Shown here: positions 24,801 through 37,910 of the stretch, one piece after another
How the letters are laid out: each line of letters begins with the position of its first letter
Numbering within the stretch: position 1 is the stretch's first letter
DNA from: Trichoplax adhaerens
Lineage: Eukaryota; Animalia; Placozoa
Direction: 5' to 3'
Assembly: GCF_000150275.1 (NCBI RefSeq)
Contig: NW_002060966.1
Span: forward strand, 591,922 to 655,921
DNA: 64,000 bases
The notes under the pieces: model-generated
What the model was told of the DNA's origin: nothing
The model's input: the letters and a program-made list of their open reading frames with translations, nothing else
The model's database searches: none
Made by a program: the position numbers and the translations under genes

Positions 24801-27499
24801 ATACCTCATGTTGGCAACCTTCAACGGATAATAAGCATTGAACTGCATATTGATTTCCTCGAACAGCAGCGTAATGCATAGGTGTCAAGCCATAATTATC
24901 AGGCAAATTGATACTTGCATTATTTTGTATTAATAGCAGAATACTGGATCCTTCCAGGTCGTCACTTCCAGCATCTGTTTGATCCTCTAAAGTGTGCAAA
25001 AAAAATAGATATCCTATGAACTTATTATTCAACGACCTAATCAGTATCACTATCGGTACAGGATGGATCAATTTTTAATAAAGAATAAGCGAGAATTTGT
25101 TCGATAAGTGAGCAAGTCTTGGCTATATGAGTAACCGTCGTACCGTTTGCACTTGCGCTATTTATATTGCCTTGGACTTGAATTGTTTGATCGTCCGTCT
25201 TTTTAGGCTTACAAAATTTTGCAGCATAATGTAATGGCGTTGCTCCATCTTCGCCTTTGATATTTACCGCTGGAATAAAGTGATGTAGGAATAGAGCAAT
25301 TTCGTTAGAACTGCTTAACGTTACTTTGCTAATATTTTAAAATGTTGCGAATGATGGAGACAAAATTGCATTTTCGATCGAAATAGTATTTAAGTCGATG
25401 ATATACAATCGTGGTACCCATTCTATGCTGTCTATTTAGTTGAAGTTATTTTAATTAATTTATAACCATTAATCGATAATTTAATTACTGACTCCATTAA
25501 TCAATATGAATTTGGATTATTTTCAAATTCACTCGAATAATAAATTGACGCCATGTTTTTTCGATGCAATTATCTTCTACTTACTCGCCCCACAATCTAA
25601 CAACTTTTCGATGCAATGGTTGTGGTTATATCGTACAGCATAATGAATTGGAGCCGCCATATACTCATCCAATTTGTCTACCAAGTTGTATTTCTTCTTA
25701 GAATCTCTATTTTCAGCATCTTGTTTAATCAAATATTCAAGGTCTTCTTTTGAGCCATTGCGTGCGGCCTATTCATACAGTAGTTACATTAAATGGTCTT
25801 AGAAATATCGATTCTCGAGTATACAAAACAAGGCAGTTCAGCTTAGCCAAATGAAATCTTATTCAATAGTAATTTTTATTCATTTTAACTATCGCTAATC
25901 TCTGTCTAACCAATGTATGTATCAAATTAATAGCGGGTAAATATAACGAACTAGTTTAGCCTAGTGGTATTCTGCTTGATAATTTCTTCATTTAAAATAT
26001 CACTAATCTACGTCTAACTCAATTTAAATTATATTGGATGCGAGTAACAAATTTAAGTGGACACAAAATGGAATTATTACGGCTTGGCAATCTTGTCTGG
26101 GAATAATTTAATCTACGTATAACCGAGACTAATTAAGTATTATTAATTAACTTGACGCGATTTTGCTTCTGCCGTAGAAATCTGCAACTGGAATGCTTTA
26201 ACAAATCATGAATAAGGTATAAATTAGCACTGCAGTTAAAGAATAAGATTAAGGGTAACACGAGGTAATTGGCTGATTACGCCTGACCTGCAAATGCAAA
26301 ACTTTAATAACACTTGAATAGTGCCTTAACTACGCCAAAAGAAAAAGATTAGGAGTACCACAAGGTAATAGGCTGATTGCACCTGATCTGCAATTGCAAA
26401 ACTTTTTACAACACTTCAATAGTGCCTCAACTACAGTAAAAGGATGAGATTAGGAATAATACTAGGTAATAGACTGATTACATCTGTCTGCAATTGCAAA
26501 ATTTTTGTAAGACTTGAATGGTGCCTTAACTATAAAATACCACGGTAAAAGAAGAAGATTGCCGGTACAAACTTAATTAGCTATGATATCCTATACTATG
26601 GTGAAGATTGTCTCTGCAGATCTATTGATTAATGTAATTACTGATTTATGCAAGTATAACCGGTCTACTATGCGTAGGTGTTCTACTGTACTTTATACCT
26701 TATTAATCACTTCTGTTCAATATTTAGTGATTATGCAACGTTCATACTCATCCTGATATCGTATAAATAAATTGGATGTAAAAACACTAAGCACTGTAAG
26801 TAATTACTAACGTTAAAATTATTTGAATCACCAGGTGATCCACATATTTTTCCAATCATACGTCAAATAGTATGCAAGAGTACTGATCAAGATTGGATGG
26901 TACTTATAGAATAAAGATGCGTTCCAAAATTGGCATGGTAGTCTTGCACTAATATTACAATACACGACATGAATACAATATTCAAGTAGATTGCAAAATA
27001 TGTATCCTCGAGTTAAATACAGAAATAAGATATCCGCTTTACCAACTGATCATTAAAGATAGGGTGCCTCGCTTTTAAATGAATTGGCAAGTTACCTTAC
27101 GCGTTAAAGAGATTCTGCATCAACACCAATATACGACTCCTCGATTACATGTATATAAGCTAGGCCAAAGCCCAATAATTTAAGTGTAATTACCGTATTT
27201 CGAACTTTGCCCAATCAATTGGTCAGTTAGACTATGAATAACAGCTAATTTAATTCATATTAGGAGAACATGAACTTACTTCATGTAAGGTATATGCTAT
27301 TTGATCTCCATCTGCTGTGGAGACGGAATTTAATTCAACAGCATCCGTCATTTTATCAGCACGAACTTGAGAAAGGGATGTTGCCGATGTAGTTATATTA
27401 TTTTGCATACCAGTTGAAAAGTTAAAAACGTTAACGTCGCTGTCGACGTAGTCTAGATTAATTCGATGTTTAGAACGAGATTTAGCTGTACTTTGGATT
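18885..27499 (-). CDS. TRPA1: TRPA1-like (basal TRPA-type) ankyrin-repeat cation channel, copy B, intact
   Basis: Exons 27280-27499 (in-frame ATG at 27408; frame open to an acceptor, possible upstream exon 28682-28800), 25585-25768, 25144-25269, 24805-24986, 24412-24570, 24091-24247, 23786-23978, 23488-23671, 23221-23334, 22984-23072, 22586-22732, 22305-22416, 22011-22147, 21755-21873, 21029-21273, 20480-20770, 20046-20360, 19698-19874, 19498-19566, 19243-19410, 18885-19076. Long ankyrin array, 6 TM, pore MTIGEFDF, S6 MPILLMNLLIGLAVDDI, C-terminal coiled coil. Intron positions match copy A. Confidence 0.93.
26225..26560. repeat. Three-plus tandem units of ~100 bp in an early intron of TRPA copy B
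   Basis: Unit ...aagattaggagtaccacaaggtaataggctgattgcacctgatctgcaattgcaaaactttt...cacttgaatagtgccttaactac... repeated at ~100 bp spacing. Confidence 0.85.
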
Positions 27500-30400
27500 C
27501 TATAAAGTTGAAATAAAAATTGTTATTGCGTTAAATATTCCATCAATCTAGATTAAAATCAATGTAAATCACACGTAACAAATAACTAATATCGAACTGA
27601 GTATGATCAATTTTCAATTTTAAGAATATGCAAGAAATTATTTCATACAAACTCGCTTCATTCAGCAATAAAAAGAGATTTAGAAATGAAAAGATTTATC
27701 TTGAAAGAACGACCAAGTTGATCCTTAACTTATCACGATGGATACTAGCAATCGGGAAATTAAGTAAAACAGTTTCCTCCCATCTATGAGCTATAAAAAT
27801 TAATTTTACTGCTCTCTACACAATTCATGGGAAACCTTCTAGAGATGAAGTTAGGGATGTTGAGATGATTGTAATTATTGAACTATGTTTGGTAGTCATC
27901 CATTTAGGGCAAAGAAGATGTTATGTTGATGGCGAACCTACAGTATATGGACTGCATATACTGTGCAGTGTCCAGTCAATAAATAGTATATACTGTACTT
28001 ATAACGGTACTCATCAACCATGCTATACTGTATTAACCAATCCTAACTTTTAATATAATAATTATTCATTGTAAGATATCGAGTAGAGGGAATACACACG
28101 TTGGTATACTCATGCTATTCACTACATTAGGGAAAGAAATAGCAGTGTTCTTCCTCCAGCATGTTTCCTTCATTCATTCTTAACTGCAAAGGTTAACGTT
28201 GTCAATTTCAACGATCATCGATTCTATTTTACTTTGTACTTCCATACAGTAACAGGATGATGCGTAATGATGATCAAAAATAGCTATCATGTTTACTAGA
28301 GTAAGGTCGAAAAATTCAACACATGGATAGCCCAATAGTAAAATCCATCGTGGTAAGCAAACTAATCATCAGCACCATTTAACTTTTTGGCAAGACTGAA
28401 ATAGCCGTTTTACTTTGGTACTTACCCCTAGAAAAGAGAAAAAAATGAATTTTTAAAACCAACTCGCGAGGGAAAGGGATAAACCAATGGAATGGAGTGA
28501 TGGCTGTCGACTGCCGAATAGAATAACTCTACTCCCATCGACAACCTTTTTACATAGCTTATCTATGGCTAGATAATAATGATTGTATAATCAGACAATA
28601 GGCAAAACAAGTATGATAGATAAAGCTATTGTGACGACAAGATTGTCATGGATATACTGTACTGTACTGTATGTACAATACGTCGAGAGCCTGCTCAATG
28701 CTTCTACAGTAGTACTATAGTTTTGCCATGTCTGTCTCTCTTTTCTTGCTGCCAACATTTCAAATGAGGACATGCGTAATGATCCAGCATTATACTGCAT
28801 TTTAATTCGACTATTCGTTGAATTCATTAATTATTATTATTATTTAATACCGCATTAATCGATTGGGCTGCTAACATGATGAGAAAAATTCTATAGTTCG
28901 CATCGTCGAGAGGGAAGTTGTGGATTATCACGATCATAATCAAGATGTAATCTTATCAGCAGAATTTGATGTAATACTACTTCATGCTCATGTCAGCAGC
29001 TCGATTCAAGTTAGCTTATAGCAATACTGTATATTCATGATATTGAGCAAAGACTACTGGATTCTTTTATTTTCTAGATAAGGAAAGATAGAAGCTAACT
29101 ATTAGCGTTAGCAGCTTTTCAAGTTCAAGTTAACCTATTACAATATTCTGAATTTCTAGGAGTAGTTTTGTTGTCATAGATTGTTCATTATTTAATTATC
29201 ATTCTATTCAAAATTAACCTAGACTATTCATGACATCTAGGTAGAATCGTATCATAGCGAGTAGTCCCATTCAATATACAGTACAGTACTAGGTTAGACA
29301 ATCCTAAAACCAAACCGTGAAAAGGCCTATTTGTAATGCCTTTAGAACAGCACATGAGTTGTTACAGATTATATTATTTACTATTATCAGATCGATCTAA
29401 TTCCATTGGTAATACTGTACTGTACTCTAAATCATCAAGAAATCCATCAGAGACATCACATCACATCATACTGTGCTGCAAGCCTGATACCTGTACACTC
29501 AGTGTGTACAATGCGTAAAATTGTCTTTTAATGCTGAGTCCATTTCATGATACGAGCTTGGCAAATCCTACTGTACGCGTAGACGTTTATATCATGGATG
29601 ATTTGACTAATTTCTTATTAGATAGACATCATAGGACACCAATTGGAGAAGAAGTCGTGTCCAGATCGAGGGAATGAATCGGTTTAGGGTTGGGTTATCA
29701 ATCACGTGAGCAAGGTGGAGTCTCTCGCTATTGTACGCCTCCGATATCTTTCCTATTTGCTTTCATTCAATTAGCGATTATCCCAAATCACGAGTAATAG
29801 GAACAAATTAACCTTAAATTAATAATCTTAAGGAGCTGCCCTAAGATGATATCCTTGGAATGTAGTTGTTTTTATTTTATTATTATTATTTGCTATTCTC
29901 TCCCAACGGATAAGCATCAATGACGAACAAACTTCGTGGGCTCATACACGTAATGAATTAGTTAATAAATAAACAATTGTCGTTCTTTTACTGTGCCAGC
30001 TAGAGAACAAGCAAAACAAATTTTTCCTTCTGTGGTTTGCCCAACGATGATGACACGCAAGTCTTGAATAAAGGAGACAGGCCAAAACTGAAAGGAGAGC
30101 TACTCCAGATGAATATTTGGATTGTCCTACTGTGCTAACTGCTTCACAACCTAAACCCTTCTTAATAATACTAATTACAGTGTACTATTATTCACTATTA
30201 TACTGAAATGAACGATAAAATATTGAACTTTTACTATACTTCATAGTCTAGACCATAGACTAAATGATGATCTACAGTAAACTAAAGAAAGTTCAACGAT
30301 ACGCTTCTAATATTCATTGAATTAAAATCATTCCAATTTCAATCGAAATGAAGAGTCTGGGAATCTTTTCAAGCTAAACTAGCTATATTCGACATAACAC

Positions 30401-33400
30401 AATCAACAAAGGGATTGTATGCAGCACTCGTATCGTTTACTCAACTATCGTCGATTTGACCATCAACAGCGGGAACGGATACATAACTGAGTGTAAACGA
30501 CTTGAAAATGTTCATTACTAACTAAAAAATTACGACTTATAGTACGCTTTTAAGTCTATTCTACTAGATTCTTTATTAGCAATCTGGAGTATAGATTGCT
30601 TAATTCTTGCAGCATGTATAGTAGCATGAACGATCAGAAATCACTACTGGTCACTTCTGCACTCTGAGTAGTAATCCGACATATGTACTGAGGCATGTGA
30701 TTGAGCTATCAGCGATAATAAATCAGTCTTGAGCTTGCATCTCACACGAGCCCTCCAGACTTTGCTGGTTGCCATATCGGCAGTCCTATTGGATAACTTG
30801 GTCGACCACACAAAATATGTACATTATACGATAAAAAATAACTTACTTGTACAATGCAGTACAAAAATGAAATGAAAACAAATGCTTTCAAAATGGATAG
30901 CATTGCTCTAATTTCACTTAATAACTCTGCTACAGTAAAGTAGAATTAAACTAGCCATAGCGTTTAACTGCAAGCGCCTTTGCAATATCAAAGCAGCACG
31001 ACCCTTTCCAATATTGTACTCTCAAATACTGGATCCTGTCCTTCTTTTTGAATCATGATTGTTTTAGTTTACATTATTAGTAGCATTATTTGCCAGCTAG
31101 AGATCTTATGATATAGTATCAACAGAATGCCAAGATAAAAATATCGTAGGTAAAACTTTCACAATGTCAATATCCCACTGGAAAGTGGACAATACACGAA
31201 GCTTACTATCTCTTATGATTCTCGGCTAAAGTGACGATTTGAACAAGCAAAATGCCTGCTCGTATCTCGTAATCAATAGAAAAGAAAACCATTGACTTGT
31301 TCTTTACCATTAAATTCTATTCTGGAAGCAATAAAGCTACTATTAAACTATTAATCGTTCATTATCCGCGGATTAGGAAGTTGTAATTTTACCATCGATG
31401 TTCATGGATGATCTGAATTGATTTCTTTGTTCGCGATGGACAAGAATGTGATACCGATGATTTGATTTTTTTAAAGGCATGCACCCAACTAATTAAAAAG
31501 TGAATATTTTTTGTAAAAATAGTGCTCTAACTACGTTCTCATCGTAAGGAAAGGATCGCAGGGTGTTAATTTTATTAACTGTAAATTGTCATGAAATTAG
31601 TCCGTATTTTCGTTAATGAGTACATTGTCAAAGAATTATCTAAACGTTAACGTTATCTAGGGTTGCCTGGAAGGGATTCGTCAGCTTTTATGTCCAATTG
31701 CAGCCATACATGCATCGTTTTGCATTAGCAATTAGTAGAAATTTTCCAAGGTAGTCAACTGTCGTGAATATAGTATAAATCGCAATAGAAAATTTCACGA
31801 TAAGCATGATTGATAATCTTATGCCACTAGAGCAGTTCATTTCTTACAACTAAACTGCAGCAGCTATGCAGTAAATTCAATTCCTAGTATTCTTTAATAA
31901 TGTAGTTTATATGTAGGTAAAGAATGTAGAAGGCGTATACTGTATATCAAAATGCTTTGTGTTTTTCAATCCTATCACACGTAAACTAAACGACATCATA
32001 ACACAACATTGCTTAAAAGACGCTTAATATTATCCAAATAAAATAGGCAATCTGTATATTCATAGTGAAAGTGTTTTAAAGGCTTTCAAAAGATCGACAC
32101 TATAAAACTTGAAATCAATTTCGAAGAATAAGCCGTTTGACTCAATATAATACTGCATCACAAGTTTGATGATACTACGGTAAGGCTTGCGATGTATGTA
32201 CCTCGATAGAAGAATATGATATTCTCGAACGTGCTTGGTGATGATATTTCAAAGTAACGATATTTAAGCATTACTAATGTGCAAGATTCAGTTCAACGTC
32301 ATTTTACTTTATACACGTATTGCCAGGCAATTTACCTCGTATAGTTCATACAATACGTTGTACTGTATATCACTAGATACCAAACAATTTATTTATCCCA
32401 TGTCCGAGTAATCTTGGTTAACAAGTTAAAATAACTAACTACGATGAGATTATTTCAGAAATTGATGAAATCAAAGTAGTTGTGACTCTGAATGCAATAA
32501 TATTACCAACATGCTAGATGGCATTAAAAATGGTAACGATTGAAGATAGCAATTTATCTTCTAATACAGGAATATGCAAATTACAACGGGATTTCAACTG
32601 AGGGCATATCTTGACCAAGTCAAGGAAATCGACATGAACGTATTTTCGATAATCAAGACGATGAAAATTAAATGATTTAAGAATAAATGTTGCATTAGCA
32701 AGACTATAATACTACTGTACAGACATGCTTGATGATATCATTGGAAATGTGATACAAACTCTACATTAATTGTACACGAATAACTTACTTTGAAATTTGC
32801 TCTAAATTTTGCGAACGGGAACGATTTCGAAATGGCCTAAGTAAACGGTTTGCCATGAATTGTAACTTACTTGTAGAAGACGATTACATCTTATGTACGA
32901 GCATTCATTATACCTCTCATGGATATTTATTTAGACAAGGCTATGGAGTAGAGTCTCGAATCAACTGCGCTATAGTACAGTAATGTAACCGAGGCTAGTA
33001 TGAGCTGCATGGTGCAGAACAACATGGTTGAATGGTTCTTCTGGTGATTATTAATATTCATAAGTTGTCCCGCGCCAATATGCTAATCTTATGCTCTACT
33101 AGCAATATCACCACATTCTATTATAAGTAATAGTAGAATGCGAATATGCTTACAGTATGAAATGAAATGATTTTAAATACTGTCCAAACATCATTATCCA
33201 GTAACGGAACTGATTACTGAACAGGATTCGTTTCAATGAGAGTCTACCTCAACAAACTACTAAGCAATTGCACGGTCTTTAGCTAACTGAAATTTCGCAA
33301 CTGCTACTTTACCACAGCTATTACCTATGCAGTGGCGATTGCAGATCATAGAATATGCTGTAATACTTTAATATCAAAGCAGGAAATAGAAAGCCTGCTA

Positions 33401-34801
33401 AAGGCTTAGATGATGCACAATGTTTCTAAATTATCCATTACAATGTCATTTGTAACGTTTGGGCACTCGTTAGAGCAAATGAATAGAGAGAGAGAGATTT
33501 ATACATGTTTTGCTGTCATCTACCACTTTAATCAATCCTACTAACTTTACAGTTCTATACAAGTATAATCAATTTCCATGTATAACTACGAAGGCATTAT
33601 AATTTCATAATGTCCTTAACATCATTCAAAGATCACAATTTATCTATATGTAAAGGAAGACCTGTGATACCTCTAATATGATATTTTACGTTTACACCCA
33701 TACCCGTATACTGTAGAAGAAAACCATTGCTTACTGTAGCTTTACAATATCTGTAGATAGCCTATCGTTACGTATAGTAATTAAATTATTCTACTTGCAA
33801 AATAGAAGCTGTGATACTCCATGAAGTGATATACTGTATGGAAGCGCTAATATTTCTCTGGAGAAGTTCACTCTATAATTCCAGTCAATCCAACAGTGAT
33901 AGATTTCCATAGCAAACTAACAGGAATGCTGCAACATGTGTGGGTTGCATATTGCTGAATATTGGAATCAAAATCATCCTACTTGCTAAATAGAAGCTTT
34001 ATTACTCTTTGGCATGATATCCATTTGACTAATATCCTGTAGAGAAGTTCCTTCTATTCAATCCTGGAGTACCACAGTATAAGTAGATCGAATTTTACTA
34101 CGTGCAGGAATAATTTATCAGCCTTCATAGCAAGTACCATCAGCATTTAGAAAGAACTACAGAAAGAATGGCATTGGTGATCCATTTCATATGAACAACA
34201 ATGTGCAAATATATATCTTTATTACAACTTTAGCTATTAACTATAACTATGTAGCAGGAAATTGCATAAATTAAGGTAAAGATTAAATCATATGCTGTAT
34301 GAATATACTATAGCTAGTAGTCTATATATACTGTCAAGTCGTAAAGCAAGGGTATCACGACTACACAAATGCGATAGTTCATAAAACAAAGAATCTATTG
34401 ATCACTTTACTGTTAACACGCAAAGAAGGCATTGGACATGAACCAAATAACTGTAGAAGATCGCCAGTTAACTCAATCCTGCTTGATACAACATTATTTA
34501 CAGCAAATTAATTTCAATTCATTTAAAAATAGAGTGTATATCATTTTACTTGTACAAATTAATTATCAATCTATCATCTAGCAAGGCAGCTATGCTCCAA
34601 TAATACTTTAATCAATAAAAACCGTTCATTCAGAATTCCAATCACGGCTGGTAATATTCAATCAACAGGTCGCGGCATATCACTGATGTATCACCAAAAG
34701 CCTCTGAGCTGAGCTGATAGACCTTATCACTGGCGATTAGTCTAGATGCAATCTAATGATCGGCTATAGCCGTATCCATAGCAGTAATATGATGAATAGA
34801 A

Positions 34802-35509
34802 TTATAACTTGGATTTTGGTGATTCATTTAGTAAATTATAGGCCTTGGCATATAAATCACGCTTAAACAAGCCCAAAGTAGCCCTAGGGTATTGCTTGTT
34901 CTCGCCCAATTGATGAATTAACTTTTTAGCAGATTGCATTAAAATTTCATGTGCAACACATTCATCGATAATATTATCTTTTACAGCTTCTTCAGCTGTA
35001 AATCGTTTACCGAATAGCATAGCTTGGCGTAAAACACCATCATGTGAAAGCTTATCCTTAAGAACCTGTAGCCATCCAGGAGCAAAACGACGATTAATAA
35101 AGACTTCATTTAACGACCACCATCCATGGTTTGTTCTCATCACTCTATAATCGTGTGCTAAAGCCAAGATGGCTCCAGCAGCAAAGGCATGCCCATTGAT
35201 TGCTGCTACTGTCGGTATAGGAAAAGTTAATATTCTACCAATCAAGACACCACTCTCATACAGGGATTTTTGCCGTGTCGACTCACTTTGCTTGTTTAAC
35301 CAATCCAAATCTAAGCCATTGCTAAAAAATTTTCCAGTCGATGTTGTAATGACAGCTTGAATATCAGATCGTGCTTCAATTTCATCTAATGCACGATTCA
35401 TCGCTTGGGTAAAAGATAAATTAAATCGATTTTCACCAGCGTTCATTTTAATGATCGCAAATCGATCTTGATAAATAACTTGCACAATCTTGCCATCCAT
35501 CTCGATCAT
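34802..35509 (-). CDS. Peroxisomal enoyl-CoA delta-isomerase / crotonase-superfamily protein (single exon, PTS1 signal)
   Basis: 235-aa ORF with GKFFSNGLDL and PTVAAINGHAFAAGAILALAHDYRVM crotonase motifs, ending in -SKL. Confidence 0.92.
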   Translation of the reverse strand: MIEMDGKIVQVIYQDRFAIIKMNAGENRFNLSFTQAMNRALDEIEARSDIQAVITTSTGKFFSNGLDLDWLNKQSESTRQKSLYESGVLIGRILTFPIPTVAAINGHAFAAGAILALAHDYRVMRTNHGWWSLNEVFINRRFAPGWLQVLKDKLSHDGVLRQAMLFGKRFTAEEAVKDNIIDECVAHEILMQSAKKLIHQLGENKQYPRATLGLFKRDLYAKAYNLLNESPKSKL

Positions 35510-36059
35510 TTTATTCGACCATCCAGTAGTTATAAATCAGCAAGGAGGAGAAACCTTGTCGGGATTCAATGCTCATTAACTATAGCGCTATGAGGACCGA
35601 TCGTACTGCTATGATTCTCAAGCAGAAGCGTTGTTGATATGAAATGACCCATCTCATCACTGCTGTTGAAGTCATACTCTGTTAACAAGAAACTATTTTA
35701 GAACAGTACCCTATGGAAGGGGGAAGCAAAAATACTTCGTGAGTCTGCGCGATGTAAAATGCTGAATAACCGTGACCTACAAATTAATATTTTGTCGATA
35801 ATCAGAAGAATTGTTGACGATTACTTCTACAGTACCAGCCTTTCTTGATCATTTAGGTTAGCCATTCCTTCTTGCATACAAGATAATTTATCAGACCACG
35901 AGTCCAGCAGGATATCCTACGGATTAGTAACAGGTAAAGTCTATTCGATTGCATTGATTAAGGAAGAAAACAGCGCTTGTTTACAAATAATTTGGACTAT
36001 TTCATCAGTTTAAAAAATTATAGTTGAAATCATCACAAAGGTCGAGACTACTAGAGGAA
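35510..36059. promoter_or_regulatory. Probable shared (bidirectional) promoter/5' UTR region between the isomerase and DsbA-like genes
   Basis: Only 550 bp separate the two divergent start codons; no specific motif was identified. Confidence 0.45.
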
Positions 36060-37910
36060 ATGGGTAGCACCAAACCAACTATCAAAATTGACATTACATC
36101 CGATACGATGTGTCCATGGTAAGTTAAAAACGTTGTATGAGTTCACAGTTGAGAAAGTTGCTCATTCTTCCTGAATCGATGCAGAACAGATCATTGTATA
36201 AAACTGTAACCAAGACGAGGACGATGAACCGTAGTAGTGTAATAATGATGTACGAGATAAATAGATGCAATAAAAAGTAACTTTTAAGGATAATAGACAA
36301 GATACTATAGCTTAATTCATCGCTATTTGGCAACGAGCAATCAAAATTTGATCAACATACATCAATCTTTATAAAAATTACAATTAAAACTAGTCTATCC
36401 CATTCGATCATGGCCTTGTCGTACGATATCCGTAACTTTATCAAATTATGTCGTATTATCAATCATCTTTACTATTGCAAATGAATGAATCTCTTCGGTG
36501 CGATTATCCGGAAACTGTGAGAGTAGGCATGATACCGGCTTTAACTTCATCCACAAATCATAATATGAACGTAGCTAAAATAGAATAAATAATAGTAAAC
36601 AAGACACTTAAGCTAAAGTCATGGATGCCATGCAACTGGTATTCAACAGTTGATCAACACCTACTAATCCATTCGATATAGACTGTTGCCACAGTTCAGT
36701 TAATTTAAAGCTAATCTGCCAAGTACAATCATACCCTATTTCCACAAGGTAAACTTCATCAGAATTTTTCAGTGGTGTCAGATTGTATGCCATTTTATAA
36801 TAGTTGCTTTTGAGGATTATCCGGAAGCTGCAACTGCAATTGTCCCATGTTCGAGTTATCATTGGATTCTGCTGTAGGACATTCAGCAACAATGATGATT
36901 TGATATCGTTGCAGCCCTTACATAAAAAATGGCTAGTTATTAATATTTTGTATCGAATAAGATCAACTTTTGTGATGAGTGTACGAGTAAATTATTGATT
37001 TATATTCTGTACGATTGCTAGTTGCATAAAACTTTACTGCTATAGCCCTGACTATCTATAGAACCAGTGAATAGTAAAAATTAAGTGATGAGACTCAAAT
37101 CATTTCAATTTTTCTTGAACTGCAACTTGATTTTCAATCTTGGATAGGTGTTTCGTTGGTAAAAGGCACCTAGAAACTGCCATGAAAGACTTTGAATCTA
37201 CCTTTGAATTCGATATTGAATGGAAGCCATTCCTTCTAAATTCGAATACACCTGAAGAAGGAATACCAGTATTAGAATATCTAGCACAACGCTATGGCCA
37301 GCAAGTAGCTGATGATGCCCGTAATGGAACATCATCTTTGATTGCCGCTGGACGTAAAGTGGTAAATATCATCATGATATATTAATTAAAGATAAATTGC
37401 TCTTACTGGTAAATATTGCAATTATCGCCAAGAAAGTTGTCATGTTATCTTCATAATTGCTTTGATTCCCTGTATTAAATTGTAGAGTTATTCTTCTGTC
37501 GGTAGGGCCTTAACTTCGACTCAAATCGCAAATTTGTCAACTCGATTCGGTCTCATTGCTTATTAGATTATGCTAGAACAGAGAAAAAGCAAAATCAGTT
37601 AGCTGAGCTATTATTTCAACGATATTTTATCGACGGTAATAACATTAACGATGTAAAAGTACTTTTAGATTGTGCAAAAGAAATTGGTTTAAAGGCGGAA
37701 GAGGCTAAAAAGAGTTTGCAAGATAAAGAAAGGCGAAAGAAAATAATCGAAGAAGCAAAAGTGGCAACTCAAAATCAAATTCATGGCGTACCACATTTCG
37801 TAATAAGTTTAATTGGCGACCAACATGGTAAAGCTATGCCATTACATGGATGTCAGCCCATTGAGATGTTTCGACGAGTATTCACTAGCATTAAGGGGCG
37901 AATGATATAA
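36060..37910 (+). CDS. DsbA/FrnE-like thioredoxin-fold oxidoreductase (CPWC)
   Basis: Exons 36060-36118, 37148-37361, 37506-37910 give MGSTKPTIKIDITSDTMCPWCFVGKRHLETAM...WKPFLLN...GLNFD...NSIRSHCLLDYA...IHGVPHFVI...GCQPIEMF. CPWC, PF.LN and GVP.F match the FrnE/DSBA family. Confidence 0.9.

Noticed and set aside
26225-26560. Regularly spaced repeats resembling a CRISPR array (also 9690-9985)
   Set aside because: Whole ~100 bp units are repeated with no unique spacers, the context is a eukaryotic intron, and there are no cas genes.
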